A DNA stretch of 63,641 bases, filler included, from Nitrospinota bacterium (GTDB lineage: Bacteria > JAUXIQ01): assembly GCA_030620925.1 (NCBI GenBank). It is 10 parts of 10 records of this genome, joined end to end, with 100 filler letters (N's around TTAATTAATTAA, not from the genome) between each part and the next. Parts side by side here need not be neighbours in the genome. Positions count along the whole stretch, not along the records: positions 27,357 to 32,677 come from JAUXIQ010000168.1; positions 32,778 to 38,177 come from JAUXIQ010000164.1; positions 38,278 to 42,679 come from JAUXIQ010000220.1; 7 more parts are not named here. One strand, 5' to 3'. The translations under genes and the position numbers were made by a program. The notes beneath the pieces were generated by a model, which saw only the letters and a list, made by a program, of their open reading frames with translations, searched no databases and had not been told where the DNA came from. Numbering within the stretch: position 1 is the first letter of the stretch; each line of letters starts with the position of its first letter. Shown in pieces: positions 29,952 to 39,681 of this stretch.

Positions 29952-30518
29952 ATGGATATGCTTTCCGATTATCCCCGCATCGTAGTTTTGAATGATGGAA
30001 CCCGTGCGTCGCTGAGGCCCATGGAGAAGGAAGACGAAAAGAGGCTTCTTGAGTTCTTCCGGAGCATTCCTGATGATGAACGCTGGTTTCTCAGGGATGA
30101 CGTGGCTGGCGCCTCCGTCTTGAAAGATTGGGCGGAAAACCTGGACTATTCGCACGTCCTCCCCATCCTGGCCGAGAGCGAAGGCGAGTTCGTGGCCTGC
30201 GCCAGCCTCCACTTCGCCAAGTACGGATGCACGAAGCAAGTAGGTGAGCTGCGCATCGTGATCGAACCCCGGTTCAGGCATAAGAAGCTGGGCACCTGGA
30301 TGCTGCTGGACCTCATTAACGTGGGCGTGAAGGTCGGGCTGGAGAAACTGGTGGCCGAGCTCTACTCCGAAGTTCACGAAGCGGCCACCAAGGCGGTGAA
30401 GAAACTGGATTTTTTCCAGGAGGCGTGCATTCCAGATTTCGCCCGGGGCAGGGAGGGGACCACCCACGACCTGCTCGTCTTCGTGAAGACCCTCCATCAC
30501 GAATGGACAGATTATTAA
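29952..30518 (+). CDS. GNAT family N-acetyltransferase (resembles the GNAT domain of Pat)
   Basis: LNDG..ASLRP, FFRSIP..ER.F and the acetyl-CoA motif RHKKLG. Confidence 0.88.
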   Translation: MDMLSDYPRIVVLNDGTRASLRPMEKEDEKRLLEFFRSIPDDERWFLRDDVAGASVLKDWAENLDYSHVLPILAESEGEFVACASLHFAKYGCTKQVGELRIVIEPRFRHKKLGTWMLLDLINVGVKVGLEKLVAELYSEVHEAATKAVKKLDFFQEACIPDFARGREGTTHDLLVFVKTLHHEWTDY

Positions 30519-30570
30519 TCCTCTGCCTCCCCTGAACGGTCGAGATGGTGGAAAAGCCGGTGGGGGTGAT

Positions 30571-31212
30571 TTGAAGATGCCTGCTAACGCATATAAACAG
30601 GTAGAATACAGGACGCCAAGAGGGCTGATCCGTATAAACGCGGAGAGCAGTTGGGAGTTCATAAATTCCCTCGATTTCGAGGAGGGGATAGGTGTATTCC
30701 CCCATTACCGCTCAATGCTGTGGGATAAAAAGTATATACTCAGGCTCCTGGACGAATATAAGGGCCGTATCGTAATCGCCCATACCGAAGATGGAAAGAT
30801 CGTGGGATATATCGCTTTCAGCCACCCCATACCTCTGGAGGGCTGGCCGACGGAACTCATTCCCCTGCTCTATGAAATGGGCTCCATCGAGGTGAGCCGG
30901 AACTATAGACGCATGGGTATAGCGAAGAAGTTGCTGGAGGTTTCCATGGCCGACGATGCCCTGAACGATTACATCGTCATCCTCTCCGGCTTTTCCTGGC
31001 ACTGGGACCTCGAAGGCGCCGCCCTTTCCAAGCATGAGTATCGCAAGATGCTCATGGGGCTCTTCGCATCTGTGGATTTAAGGCACTATTACACCAGCGA
31101 ACCCAATGTCCTCATGGATGCCGCCAACATGCTCATGGCCAAGGTGGGAAACAGAGTGAGCAAGGAGGATCACGACCGGTTCCTGGAGACTCTCTTTTCC
31201 TTTAAAAGATGA
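30571..31212 (+). CDS. acuA: AcuA-like protein lysine acetyltransferase
   Basis: IVGY, EMGSIEVS..YR..GIA, WHWDL, YRKML and AN.LMA.VG match Bacillus AcuA patterns. Confidence 0.8.
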   Translation: MKMPANAYKQVEYRTPRGLIRINAESSWEFINSLDFEEGIGVFPHYRSMLWDKKYILRLLDEYKGRIVIAHTEDGKIVGYIAFSHPIPLEGWPTELIPLLYEMGSIEVSRNYRRMGIAKKLLEVSMADDALNDYIVILSGFSWHWDLEGAALSKHEYRKMLMGLFASVDLRHYYTSEPNVLMDAANMLMAKVGNRVSKEDHDRFLETLFSFKR

Positions 31213-31401
31213 CTTTTATACACAGGTCATCCTCACTTAACAGCACTTTCTCGAGGGCGATGAATATGGGTTGTCGGCTTTCATCATCCTCATGTTTTAT
31301 TCTCTTGCTGAGGTAGTGTGAGCGTGTTAAAATCGGGCGTCGGTTGTTAGGAATGAATGGTAAATATAGGATTTATTTTCTATCAGGGAAGGAGGAGGAA
31401 A

Positions 31402-32175
31402 ATGGCTTACCAGTACATCAAGTATGAAAAGAAGGACCACCTGGCTTACATTACCATCAACAGACCAGACGTAATGAACTCGCTTCACCCCCCGGCTAAC
31501 CGTGAGCTCTCAGATGCTTTCGACGATTTCAGCAGAGACGACAATTGCTGGATAGGAATCGTTACCGGGGCCGGGGAAAAGGCTTTCTCAGCCGGAAACG
31601 ATCTCAAGTACACCGCTGAGCACGGCATGGAAAAGCTTGGCTCCGGGGGTTTCGGGGGGATCACTTACCGCTTCGATTCCTGGAAGCCGCTCATAGCCGC
31701 AGTCAACGGATACGCGCTGGGAGGCGGTTTCGAGATAGCCCTCTCCTGTGATATAATAGTGGCTTCGGAAAACGCTCAGTTGGGGCTGCCGGAACCCACG
31801 GTCGGTCTGATGGCCGGCGCCGGCGGAGTCCATAGGCTTCCGCGTCAGCTCCCCCTCAAGATAGCCATGGGCATGATATTGACCGGTAAGCCTCTCAGCG
31901 CCCAGAGGGCTTACGAAGTGGGTATAGTGAACGAGGTGGTTAAGCTCGAGGATTTGATGGCTACCGCCGAAAAGTGGGCTTCGGATATACTGCGCTGTGC
32001 GCCCCTCTCCGTCCGTGCCAGCAAGCAGTGCTCCATGGTGGGGCTGGAAATCGGCCAGGAGGATGCCCTCATGAGAAGATATCCCGCTGAGGACGAAATG
32101 AGGGATTCCGAGGACTACGTAGATGGCCCCAAGGCGTTTGCCGAAAAAAGGACGCCCCAGTGGAAGGGCAAGTAG
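31402..32175 (+). CDS. Enoyl-CoA hydratase/isomerase (crotonase, CaiD-like)
   Basis: FSAGNDL, KPLIAAVNGYALGGGFE, LPE and AFAEKRTPQWKG motifs; start after AGGAGGAGG. Confidence 0.95.
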   Translation: MAYQYIKYEKKDHLAYITINRPDVMNSLHPPANRELSDAFDDFSRDDNCWIGIVTGAGEKAFSAGNDLKYTAEHGMEKLGSGGFGGITYRFDSWKPLIAAVNGYALGGGFEIALSCDIIVASENAQLGLPEPTVGLMAGAGGVHRLPRQLPLKIAMGMILTGKPLSAQRAYEVGIVNEVVKLEDLMATAEKWASDILRCAPLSVRASKQCSMVGLEIGQEDALMRRYPAEDEMRDSEDYVDGPKAFAEKRTPQWKGK

Positions 32176-32188
32176 CGAGGTGGTGAGT

Positions 32189-32677
32189 ATGTATGAGAAA
32201 ATCCTGTTGGCCGTTGCTCTCCAGGCGGGCGGTGAAAAGAGCCCCCACGCACTGGCGGCGCGGGATGTGGCTATATCCATGGCCGCACGCGGCGCTAAAT
32301 CGGTGAGCGTCCTTACCGTTTACAGCTTGGAGAAGATCGATGGACATCACGAGCTGATTCCTACCACGGATGAAATCCGGGTGGGCAACTCTGTGGAGGA
32401 ACGGGCGCGACAGAGGCACGAAGTGGATCAAATCGGCAAAATGGAAGAGCAGGTGCGCGCGGCCATGGACCATTTCGTGGTCGAGATGCACAACAATGGA
32501 ATCAGCACTCAGGAGCTCATAAAAGAGGGAAACCCCCGTGAGCTGATCGTGGAAACGGCCGAAGAAATAGGCGCTGACCTCATTATTATGGGAGCTCACG
32601 CCCGGCGGCGCGTACTGGATGTGATTCTGGGGGGCACAGCTCAAGCGGTGACCAATCAGGCCCCCTGCGCGATCATC
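32189..32677 (+). CDS. Universal stress protein (3' truncated)
   Basis: MYEKILLA, GNP..IV..A, ADLIIMG and LGGTA..V...APC motifs. Confidence 0.93.
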
Positions 32678-32777
32678 NNNNNNNNNNNNNNNNNNNNNNN
32701 NNNNNNNNNNNNNNNNNNNNNTTAATTAATTAANNNNNNNNNNNNNNNNNNNNNNNNNNNNNNNNNNNNNNNNNNNN
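32678..32777. other. Artificial contig/scaffold linker
   Basis: N44-TTAATTAATTAA-N44. Confidence 0.99.
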
Positions 32778-32869
32778 CGGACAACCTCCAGAAAAATATC
32801 GCCCTCTTAAACAGGGCGCAAAAAGAGAAAAACTACTACTGCCGCAGCGGTATCGACAAACTCCTGTAA
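32778..32869 (+). CDS. 3' end of a probable family-2 glycosyltransferase
   Basis: DNLQKNIALLNRAQKEKNYYCRSGIDKLL* resembles GT2 C-termini; LPS cluster context. Confidence 0.45.
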
Positions 32870-32881
32870 AGGAAACGACTC

Positions 32882-33688
32882 ATGGTTTTACCGTTTGAAG
32901 AATTCACCAATTTGACCACAGAACTCTATGGAATAATAAAAGACGTAGAAGGCTACCTCACCAAGAGAGAGATGGAGTTTCTTGCCCTGCTCGCGGCATT
33001 CCCGACAACTAAGGGAGAAATACTTGAGATAGGGAGCTACAAGGGAAAATCAACTATAAGCCTGGCCAAAGGCGCTGCGTTAACCGAAAAACCCGATGTT
33101 ACGGCTGTTGATCCTTTGACCTCACCGTCCAGCACGGACCCGGATTTAGAAGGTAAAGAATCCTGCCTGGATGACTTTCAAAACAACCTGAAGAAGGCAG
33201 GGGTGGACAGATATATAAACTTCTATCAGAAGCATTCCGCCGAGCTTGCAAAGGAATGGAATGAAAAAATCAGGTTGCTTTGGATCGATGGTGATCACAC
33301 TTATCCAGGTACTAAAATGGATTTCGATATGTTCTCACCGTTTCTATCAGATGGGGCAATCATAGCATTTCATGACACTTTGAATGATTTCGAGGGCGGC
33401 ATCCGGGTTTTTATGGAAGACGTCCTCCTTTCAAAAAACTTCGGCCCTGCGGGAGTCTGCGGCTCTATCGGCTGGTCGCAATATTTTAAAGACCCGGACT
33501 TCGGATGGAAATACAGGGACCAAAAAATTAAACTCTACCTCAAATTGAGCAGACTCATTCCTCATATTATGTTAAACGACAACCTGAAAGGATTAAAGAA
33601 AACCAGATATAAAATTGCCAGGTGGAGAGTACCTCATTCGGAAGTCAAGCCTGAAGACTGGTTGAAAGAAGTAGTTATTGCAGAGTGA
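32882..33688 (+). CDS. Class I SAM-dependent methyltransferase (Methyltransf_24-like)
   Basis: LEIGSYKGKST, LLWIDGDHTY and AFHD motifs. Confidence 0.92.
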   Translation: MVLPFEEFTNLTTELYGIIKDVEGYLTKREMEFLALLAAFPTTKGEILEIGSYKGKSTISLAKGAALTEKPDVTAVDPLTSPSSTDPDLEGKESCLDDFQNNLKKAGVDRYINFYQKHSAELAKEWNEKIRLLWIDGDHTYPGTKMDFDMFSPFLSDGAIIAFHDTLNDFEGGIRVFMEDVLLSKNFGPAGVCGSIGWSQYFKDPDFGWKYRDQKIKLYLKLSRLIPHIMLNDNLKGLKKTRYKIARWRVPHSEVKPEDWLKEVVIAE

Positions 33689-33842
33689 GTCTCCGGGCAC
33701 GCAAATGGCGGCAAGTATTTAAAAAAATGATCTCGTTTATTAATCAAAAACCGATTTCGCACGCATGATAACTTCCTCTTCGGTTTTCTATTAACACCGG
33801 CAAAAATGCAGTCGTTGCCTTCTAAGAGCAAGTGAACCATAG

Positions 33843-34898
33843 ATGAACATTGGCAGCACCTATACAAACATCATCATACGCTGTGCCAACCCTCTGGGAG
33901 ATTTTGTGATGTCCCTGCCCGCTGCCGAGCAGATAAGCAGAGGTTCCCCCGGGGCGCGAACAACGTTGATAATGAAGCCCGCCTATCTGCCCCTGGTGGA
34001 TGGTTTGGGCTGGTATGGAGACACCCTCGGCTACGATAAGCATGCCCAACGGGGGATCAGTGGGTTCCTCAGAACGGTGGGCGAAATCAGGAGGAAAAAG
34101 TTCGACCTGGGGGTGCTGTTCGCCAACTCTTTCAGCTCAGCGCTCATGATGAAATTGTCGGGAGTGGAGGAGAGGGTGGGCTATTTGAGGGGGAACAGGG
34201 GCTGGCTGCTCACACGGCGGCTGGAGCCGATGATGGAGGACGGCAAGATTACCCCTCGGCCCATGGTAGACTATTACTGCGAACTGTCCCGCTTCCTGGG
34301 GTGCGGCACACCGGGGAGGACCCCCCGCATAGTCCTCACTGACGAAGAGGAGGAGGCAGGGGCCAAGTTTTTGAGCGCCAGGGGCATTGATCCCCATCAG
34401 CCGCTGCTGGGGCTGGTCCCCAGCGCCGGATACGGAAGCGCCAAGACGTGGCCGGCCGAATATTTCGCCAGGGCCGGCGACGCATTGGCGGAAACACTAA
34501 GCGCAAAGCCCGTAATCTTCGCCGAAGCCAGGGATGCCGCCGTGGCGGGAGCCATAAGCACCAGGATGTCCGGCAGCCCGCTGGACATGAGTGGAGAGGG
34601 AAGCTCACTGGCCGTTCTGAAACAGCTCATGGGCAGATGCGCATTGGTTCTGACCACCGACTCCGGTCCCCGGCATGTGGCCGCGGCCCTGGGGAAACCG
34701 GTGGTTGTTGTCTCGGGCTCCGCCGATCCCATTTACTCCACTACCGATTACGAACGAATAGCGGTGGAGAGGATCCCCCTGGACTGCAGCCCCTGCATGC
34801 TCAGGGAGTGCCCCACTGACCATCGCTGCATGACGGAGCTTAAACCGGAAAAGATAATCCGCTCAGCGATGAACCTGCTCAACAGAAGCGAAAAATAA
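33843..34898 (+). CDS. waaF: Lipopolysaccharide heptosyltransferase II (GT9)
   Basis: N.LGD.VMS.P, YGSAKTWP, DSGPRHVAAA and CSPC...ECP..H.CM motifs. Confidence 0.88.
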   Translation: MNIGSTYTNIIIRCANPLGDFVMSLPAAEQISRGSPGARTTLIMKPAYLPLVDGLGWYGDTLGYDKHAQRGISGFLRTVGEIRRKKFDLGVLFANSFSSALMMKLSGVEERVGYLRGNRGWLLTRRLEPMMEDGKITPRPMVDYYCELSRFLGCGTPGRTPRIVLTDEEEEAGAKFLSARGIDPHQPLLGLVPSAGYGSAKTWPAEYFARAGDALAETLSAKPVIFAEARDAAVAGAISTRMSGSPLDMSGEGSSLAVLKQLMGRCALVLTTDSGPRHVAAALGKPVVVVSGSADPIYSTTDYERIAVERIPLDCSPCMLRECPTDHRCMTELKPEKIIRSAMNLLNRSEK

Positions 34899-34989
34899 TT
34901 AAGTAACTCTAAATCCCGGCCCATTAGGACTTTTTAGAAGGAGCCTGAGGAAACGTTTTCTTAAAAAAGGTCTCCTCAGAGTTGGAAGC

Positions 34990-35766
34990 ATGTCGAACCT
35001 AGCGGTAACTGCCTGCATCATAACTTTTAATGAGGAAAGTAACATCCGCAGATGCCTGGAGAGCGTCAAGTGGGCGGATGAAATCGTGGTGGTGGATTCC
35101 AACAGCACCGACGCCACGGTGGAAATCTGCCGGGAGTATACACAGAAGATTTACCACCGTGAATTCGAAGGGCACATCGAGCAGAAAAGTTACGCCCTCC
35201 AATGTGCCGGCAACGATTGGGTGCTGTGCATAGATGCAGACGAAGAGCTTTCCCCGGCCCTCATCTCCGAAATAAGGGAGGGGCTCGAAAAAGAGGGTGA
35301 TAAATTCGAAGGCTTCTTCTTCCCGCGGCACGCGTTTTACCTGGGCCGATGGATAAATCACTGCGGATGGTATCCCGATTACAAGCTCCGCTTGTTCAGG
35401 AAATCGCTGGGCGAATGGGGGGGCACAAACCCCCACGATAAGGTTGAGCTGAAAGGCAGGACAAAACACCTGCGAAACGACATGAATCATTACACCTATA
35501 AAGACTTTTCCCACCACCTGAAAACGATCGACAACTACTCCACCATCTACGCCAGTGAAGCCCGACGGCGCGGTGAGCGCTTCAGCCTGGCCAAACTCAT
35601 CTTCAGGCCGGTTTTTAAATTCTTTGAGATTTATCTGTATAAAAAAGGCTGCATGGACGGACTGCCCGGCTTCATAATATCCGTGCTCTACTCATATTAC
35701 ATTTTCCTGCGCTACTCAAAGATCTGGGAAGCGGATGGGCACAGTTCCTCACTTCATGAAAAATAA
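34990..35766 (+). CDS. Family 2 glycosyltransferase (KdtX/WaaE-like LPS core)
   Basis: ITFNEE, VVDSNSTDAT, IDADE, GWYPD and HYTY motifs. Confidence 0.92.
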   Translation: MSNLAVTACIITFNEESNIRRCLESVKWADEIVVVDSNSTDATVEICREYTQKIYHREFEGHIEQKSYALQCAGNDWVLCIDADEELSPALISEIREGLEKEGDKFEGFFFPRHAFYLGRWINHCGWYPDYKLRLFRKSLGEWGGTNPHDKVELKGRTKHLRNDMNHYTYKDFSHHLKTIDNYSTIYASEARRRGERFSLAKLIFRPVFKFFEIYLYKKGCMDGLPGFIISVLYSYYIFLRYSKIWEADGHSSSLHEK

Positions 35767-36944
35767 TGAAAATAGCCATAGTCATACATAAATTTGATGT
35801 CAACAAAGGGGGGGCCGAACGCTTTGCGGCGGAACTGGCCCGTATGATGATCTCAGAAGAGCATGACGTACACATCTACTCAAACGCTTTTGAGGAAGAC
35901 ATCGCGGGGATTTCTTCCCACCACGTCAAGGCAGTTAAAATGCCGAGGTTCCTCTATGAGTTGACTTTCGCGGAAAATTCCTCCGAGGCTCTGCGGAAGG
36001 GCGGGTACGATGTAGTGCTTGGAATAAACCGTACCCTGTTTCAGGATATTCTTATCCTTCCCAGCGCGACTCGCACATGGTATTGGCAGGACCTGAAGTC
36101 ATTTAAAAACCCGCTGCTCAGACATTTGCGCAGGCTGTTAAGCAGAACCATCAGCCCCAAGTACAGGATAATATGTAGCCTTGAGAAAAAGATATACGGC
36201 GATGACCGCGTTTGGAAGATCGTGGCAAACTCTAATATGGTGAGGGATGATATCATTACGTCTCACAACGTTCCGCCGGATAAAGTGGAAACTGTCTACC
36301 ATGGTGTGGACCTGGAGGCGTTTGACCCTCACAACAGAGTGAGATTCAGGAAGGAGACCAGAGCATCGCTGGGAATAGGAAATGAAAAAATTGTCCTCTT
36401 TGTGGGGCACAATTTCCGACTCAAGGGTTTGCACTCCTTCGTTCAGGTCATCTCCATCCTGAAAAAGAGGGGGGCTTCAGGCTTCAAAGGCGTTGTCGTA
36501 GGGCGAGGAAAGAGAGAACCCTACTTACGAGAAGCCGAAAAGCTGGGGTGTGATGATCTGCTCGTCTTCTCCGGCCAGCTGGACGACATGAGAAGGATAT
36601 ACGCAGCGAGCGACCTGCTGCTGCAGCCCACCTACTACGACGCTTGCTCCCTGACCACCCTGGAGGCCCTGGCCAGCGGGCTGCCGGTGGTCACCACGCG
36701 CTACAACGGCGCCGGCGAGCTGATAAACGACGGCCAGGAAGGTTACGTGGTGGACGATCCCGCCGACGTGGAAAAACTGGCCGCCAGGGTCGCCATACTG
36801 TTGAACGAAGAGAAACTGACCTCCGCCTCCGCCAAAGCCAGGGAACTTGCCCAACACTACCCCCACGATCTCAACTACAAAAGGATTCTGGAGCTGTGCA
36901 AGGAAATGGCCGCGGAGAGAAGAGGGAAATGGACTGAGCTGTAA
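35766..36944 (+). CDS. Family 4 glycosyltransferase (WaaG/RfaG-like)
   Basis: GGAER, F.LKGL and YD.....LEALASGLPVVTT motifs. Confidence 0.92.
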   Translation: MKIAIVIHKFDVNKGGAERFAAELARMMISEEHDVHIYSNAFEEDIAGISSHHVKAVKMPRFLYELTFAENSSEALRKGGYDVVLGINRTLFQDILILPSATRTWYWQDLKSFKNPLLRHLRRLLSRTISPKYRIICSLEKKIYGDDRVWKIVANSNMVRDDIITSHNVPPDKVETVYHGVDLEAFDPHNRVRFRKETRASLGIGNEKIVLFVGHNFRLKGLHSFVQVISILKKRGASGFKGVVVGRGKREPYLREAEKLGCDDLLVFSGQLDDMRRIYAASDLLLQPTYYDACSLTTLEALASGLPVVTTRYNGAGELINDGQEGYVVDDPADVEKLAARVAILLNEEKLTSASAKARELAQHYPHDLNYKRILELCKEMAAERRGKWTEL

Positions 36945-37241
36945 CCAAAGACCGTTGGCGAGGTCGACCTGCGATCCTGAGTTCAGAAGGCGCTACTATG
37001 CTATCGCATTCGATTTTCTCTCCCGGTCCCGCGTTCCGCGTGATGCCCCTGCAACCCCACATCGTGTTATTCTGAGTCCCCGGCCCCTGTTTACTTTCCC
37101 TCCTTGATAATATTCCCTCTAATGATAAACTGCCTATGTTTCTGAAATGGGGGCGGCCCCGCCCGCCGCGGTGCAGTCGTCCCTGCCATGCTTCCAGGCA
37201 CGAACAGTGAGAACTGACATAAAGGGTATGGAGGATAGAAA

Positions 37242-37904
37242 GTGACGGAAACAAAGGGCGACCAGGAGCCCCGCTGCAGTATGTGCGGAGTGTACGTTTG
37301 CATGACCGCCGATAAAAAGTATGAAGGGCCGGACTTCTGCCCCACCCGGACCAGGGAAGACGTTATCGAAGCGGTTGTAGAAAAATACGCCGACCCCAAA
37401 CTTCAGCGGTTCGCCAAAGCCGCCAGCGAGGTGGAGGGCGAGGGCTACATGAAGTGGACGAGGGTGGAAGAGATCATCCAGCTCAGCAAAAAGATGGGCT
37501 ATAGTAAGCTGGGCATAGCAAGTTGCCTGGGTCTGCGAAGCGAAGCAAAGGTGATGACGGAAATATTGGAGAGCCGCGGCTTCGAAGTGGTATGCGTATG
37601 CTGCAAGACGGGAGCCGTTCCCAAGGAAACGATAGGTATCCAGGATTCTTCCAAGGTGCGGCCCGGACACCACGAATCCATGTGCAACCCCATAGCCCAG
37701 GCGGAAATACTCAACAGGGCGGAGACCGAATTCAACGTGCTCATGGGGCTGTGCGTGGGCCACGACAGCCTGTTCCTCAAACATTCAGAAGCCTTGACCA
37801 CTGTGCTGGTGGCCAAGGATAGAGTCCTGGCCCATAACCCCGCGGCTGCACTTTACTGTTACAAAGGCTATTACAGGCGGCTGATGGAGGACGGCCCGAG
37901 TTAA
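37242..37904 (+). CDS. DUF1847 Cys-rich metal-binding protein
   Basis: TRVEE, CLGL, CCK, MCNPIAQA, GLCVGHDSLF and KDRVLAHNP motifs. Confidence 0.9.
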   Translation: MTETKGDQEPRCSMCGVYVCMTADKKYEGPDFCPTRTREDVIEAVVEKYADPKLQRFAKAASEVEGEGYMKWTRVEEIIQLSKKMGYSKLGIASCLGLRSEAKVMTEILESRGFEVVCVCCKTGAVPKETIGIQDSSKVRPGHHESMCNPIAQAEILNRAETEFNVLMGLCVGHDSLFLKHSEALTTVLVAKDRVLAHNPAAALYCYKGYYRRLMEDGPS

Positions 37905-38018
37905 GGTAAACTTAACAGCCGTTCTTTAATACTTGATTGGCCTCCAGGGACATAGTATCATTCCAACCGCTCCGAGGGCGTGCCTGTTGACCCCTCAACC
38001 CACACCAGGTAGCCATAA

Positions 38019-38177
38019 ATGGATAAAGAAATTAAATGGTCGGACCAGAGGAAGGAATGGCATTACCCCCGTCTTGCCGAGAAGGCCATGCAGAGTTTGG
38101 AGAAGAACAATTTCAGCACCCACTACTTCGGCACGGTGGAAGAGGCCAAAGCGGGAATCATGGAAATGATCCCCGAG
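38019..38177 (+). CDS. LUD-domain (lactate utilisation LutC-like) protein, 5' fragment
   Basis: W......EKAM.SLEKNNF......EEAK..I.EMIP, typical LUD N-terminus. Confidence 0.65.
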
Positions 38178-38277
38178 NNNNNNNNNNNNNNNNNNNNNNN
38201 NNNNNNNNNNNNNNNNNNNNNTTAATTAATTAANNNNNNNNNNNNNNNNNNNNNNNNNNNNNNNNNNNNNNNNNNNN
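38178..38277. other. Artificial contig/scaffold linker
   Basis: N44-TTAATTAATTAA-N44. Confidence 0.99.
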
Positions 38278-38307
38278 AGGTTATAGTTTTCTTCCATTCC
38301 TTCGTAG

Positions 38308-39648
38308 TCAGCCAGTTTTTTTAAGGTGTTTCAATATCTCCCAGCTTTTGAGTATTTGCACAGCGCGGCTTAGCTGGATATCATCCTCAATGGATTTCTC
38401 TTCCTTCAGTTTTTCTTTGGCCTCTTTTTCTTCTTTCTCTCCGGGCAAGCTATTCTTGAGATCCTTTTCTCTTATGGGTTTGCGTTTTTCCTCTTTCGGG
38501 GGTGCTTTTACGACAATTTTTTCCTTGACGATGATATCCGGGGTAATCCCTTTACCTTGAATGAGCTTCCCGCTGGGGGTGTAGTACCTTGCGGTAGTAA
38601 TACGCAGCCCCGAACCGTCGCTCAGCGGGATGATGGTCTGCACCGAGCCTTTCCCGAAGGATTGTTCTCCCAGGATCACCGCACGCTGGTAATCCTGCAT
38701 GGCGCCGGCCACGATCTCCGAAGCGCTGGCGCTGCCCGCGTTTACCAGCACCACCATGGGATATTGCACGTGAGCTCCCTTCCCATGAGAATTGAAGACC
38801 ATGTTCTGGTTTTTTATCCTCCCCTTGGTGGAGACGATAACTTTTCCTCCGTCCAGGAATATATCCGATACTTCCACCGCCTGGTCCAGAAGACCGCCGG
38901 GATTATTGCGCAAATCCAGCACAAGACCCTTTATCTGCTCACCTTCCAGAACCTTGAGGGCTTCTTTCATCTCTTTGGAGGTGTTCTGGTTAAAACTTCT
39001 AATCTTGATGTACCCGATATCATCTTCCAGCAGGCGGTATCGGACGCTCTTTATTCTGATGATGTCGCGGACTATGGTGACGTCGAATGGCTCTTTAACC
39101 CCCTTGCGTAATATGGTTATGGTCACCGATGTGCCTTTCTTGCCTCGAAGGCGTTTAACGGCATCAAAGAGGGTCATGTCGAAAGTATCTTCACCTTCAA
39201 CTTTTATTATTTTGTCCCCGGCTTTCATACCGGCACGGAATGCCGGTGTGTCTTCTATGGGGGAGACCACAGTCAGCACGCTGTCGCGGATGGTTATTTC
39301 TATTCCCAGGCCCCCGAAGCTGCCCTTGGTTTCCACCTGCATTTCCTTGAAAACTTCTGGAAGCATATGACTGGAATGGGGATCAAGTGTTTTCAGCATT
39401 CCCTTGATGGCGCCTTCCACCATTTTTTTTGAGTCAACATCCTCCACGTAATTGCGCTCGACGAGAGATATTACCTCAGTGAACGTCCTGAGGTTCTCAT
39501 AGGTGTCTGAGGAGCCCCAGCTTATATTTCCGGAGCGTCCCAGCAGGAGGAAGACTATAAGCAGACTCAGGGCCAGAATTATGGCCAGTTTTCCGTTATT
39601 GTTATTCATCTTCATTTTCATTGACCTCCGGGAACCACTTTCTTTCAC
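38308..39648 (-). CDS. ctpA: Carboxyl-terminal processing protease (S41)
   Basis: LDPHS, GLGI PDZ, DLRNNPGG, SASASEI and GKGSVQ motifs; start may be a downstream Met. Confidence 0.95.
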   Translation of the reverse strand: MKESGSRRSMKMKMNNNNGKLAIILALSLLIVFLLLGRSGNISWGSSDTYENLRTFTEVISLVERNYVEDVDSKKMVEGAIKGMLKTLDPHSSHMLPEVFKEMQVETKGSFGGLGIEITIRDSVLTVVSPIEDTPAFRAGMKAGDKIIKVEGEDTFDMTLFDAVKRLRGKKGTSVTITILRKGVKEPFDVTIVRDIIRIKSVRYRLLEDDIGYIKIRSFNQNTSKEMKEALKVLEGEQIKGLVLDLRNNPGGLLDQAVEVSDIFLDGGKVIVSTKGRIKNQNMVFNSHGKGAHVQYPMVVLVNAGSASASEIVAGAMQDYQRAVILGEQSFGKGSVQTIIPLSDGSGLRITTARYYTPSGKLIQGKGITPDIIVKEKIVVKAPPKEEKRKPIREKDLKNSLPGEKEEKEAKEKLKEEKSIEDDIQLSRAVQILKSWEILKHLKKTG

Positions 39649-39681
39649 CTCTCAATAGATATATACGTATCATGGAATAGG

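Noticed and set aside
38278-38297. Start of a minus-strand gene (MEENYN), possibly leuS
   Set aside because: Only six codons before the gap; cannot be identified
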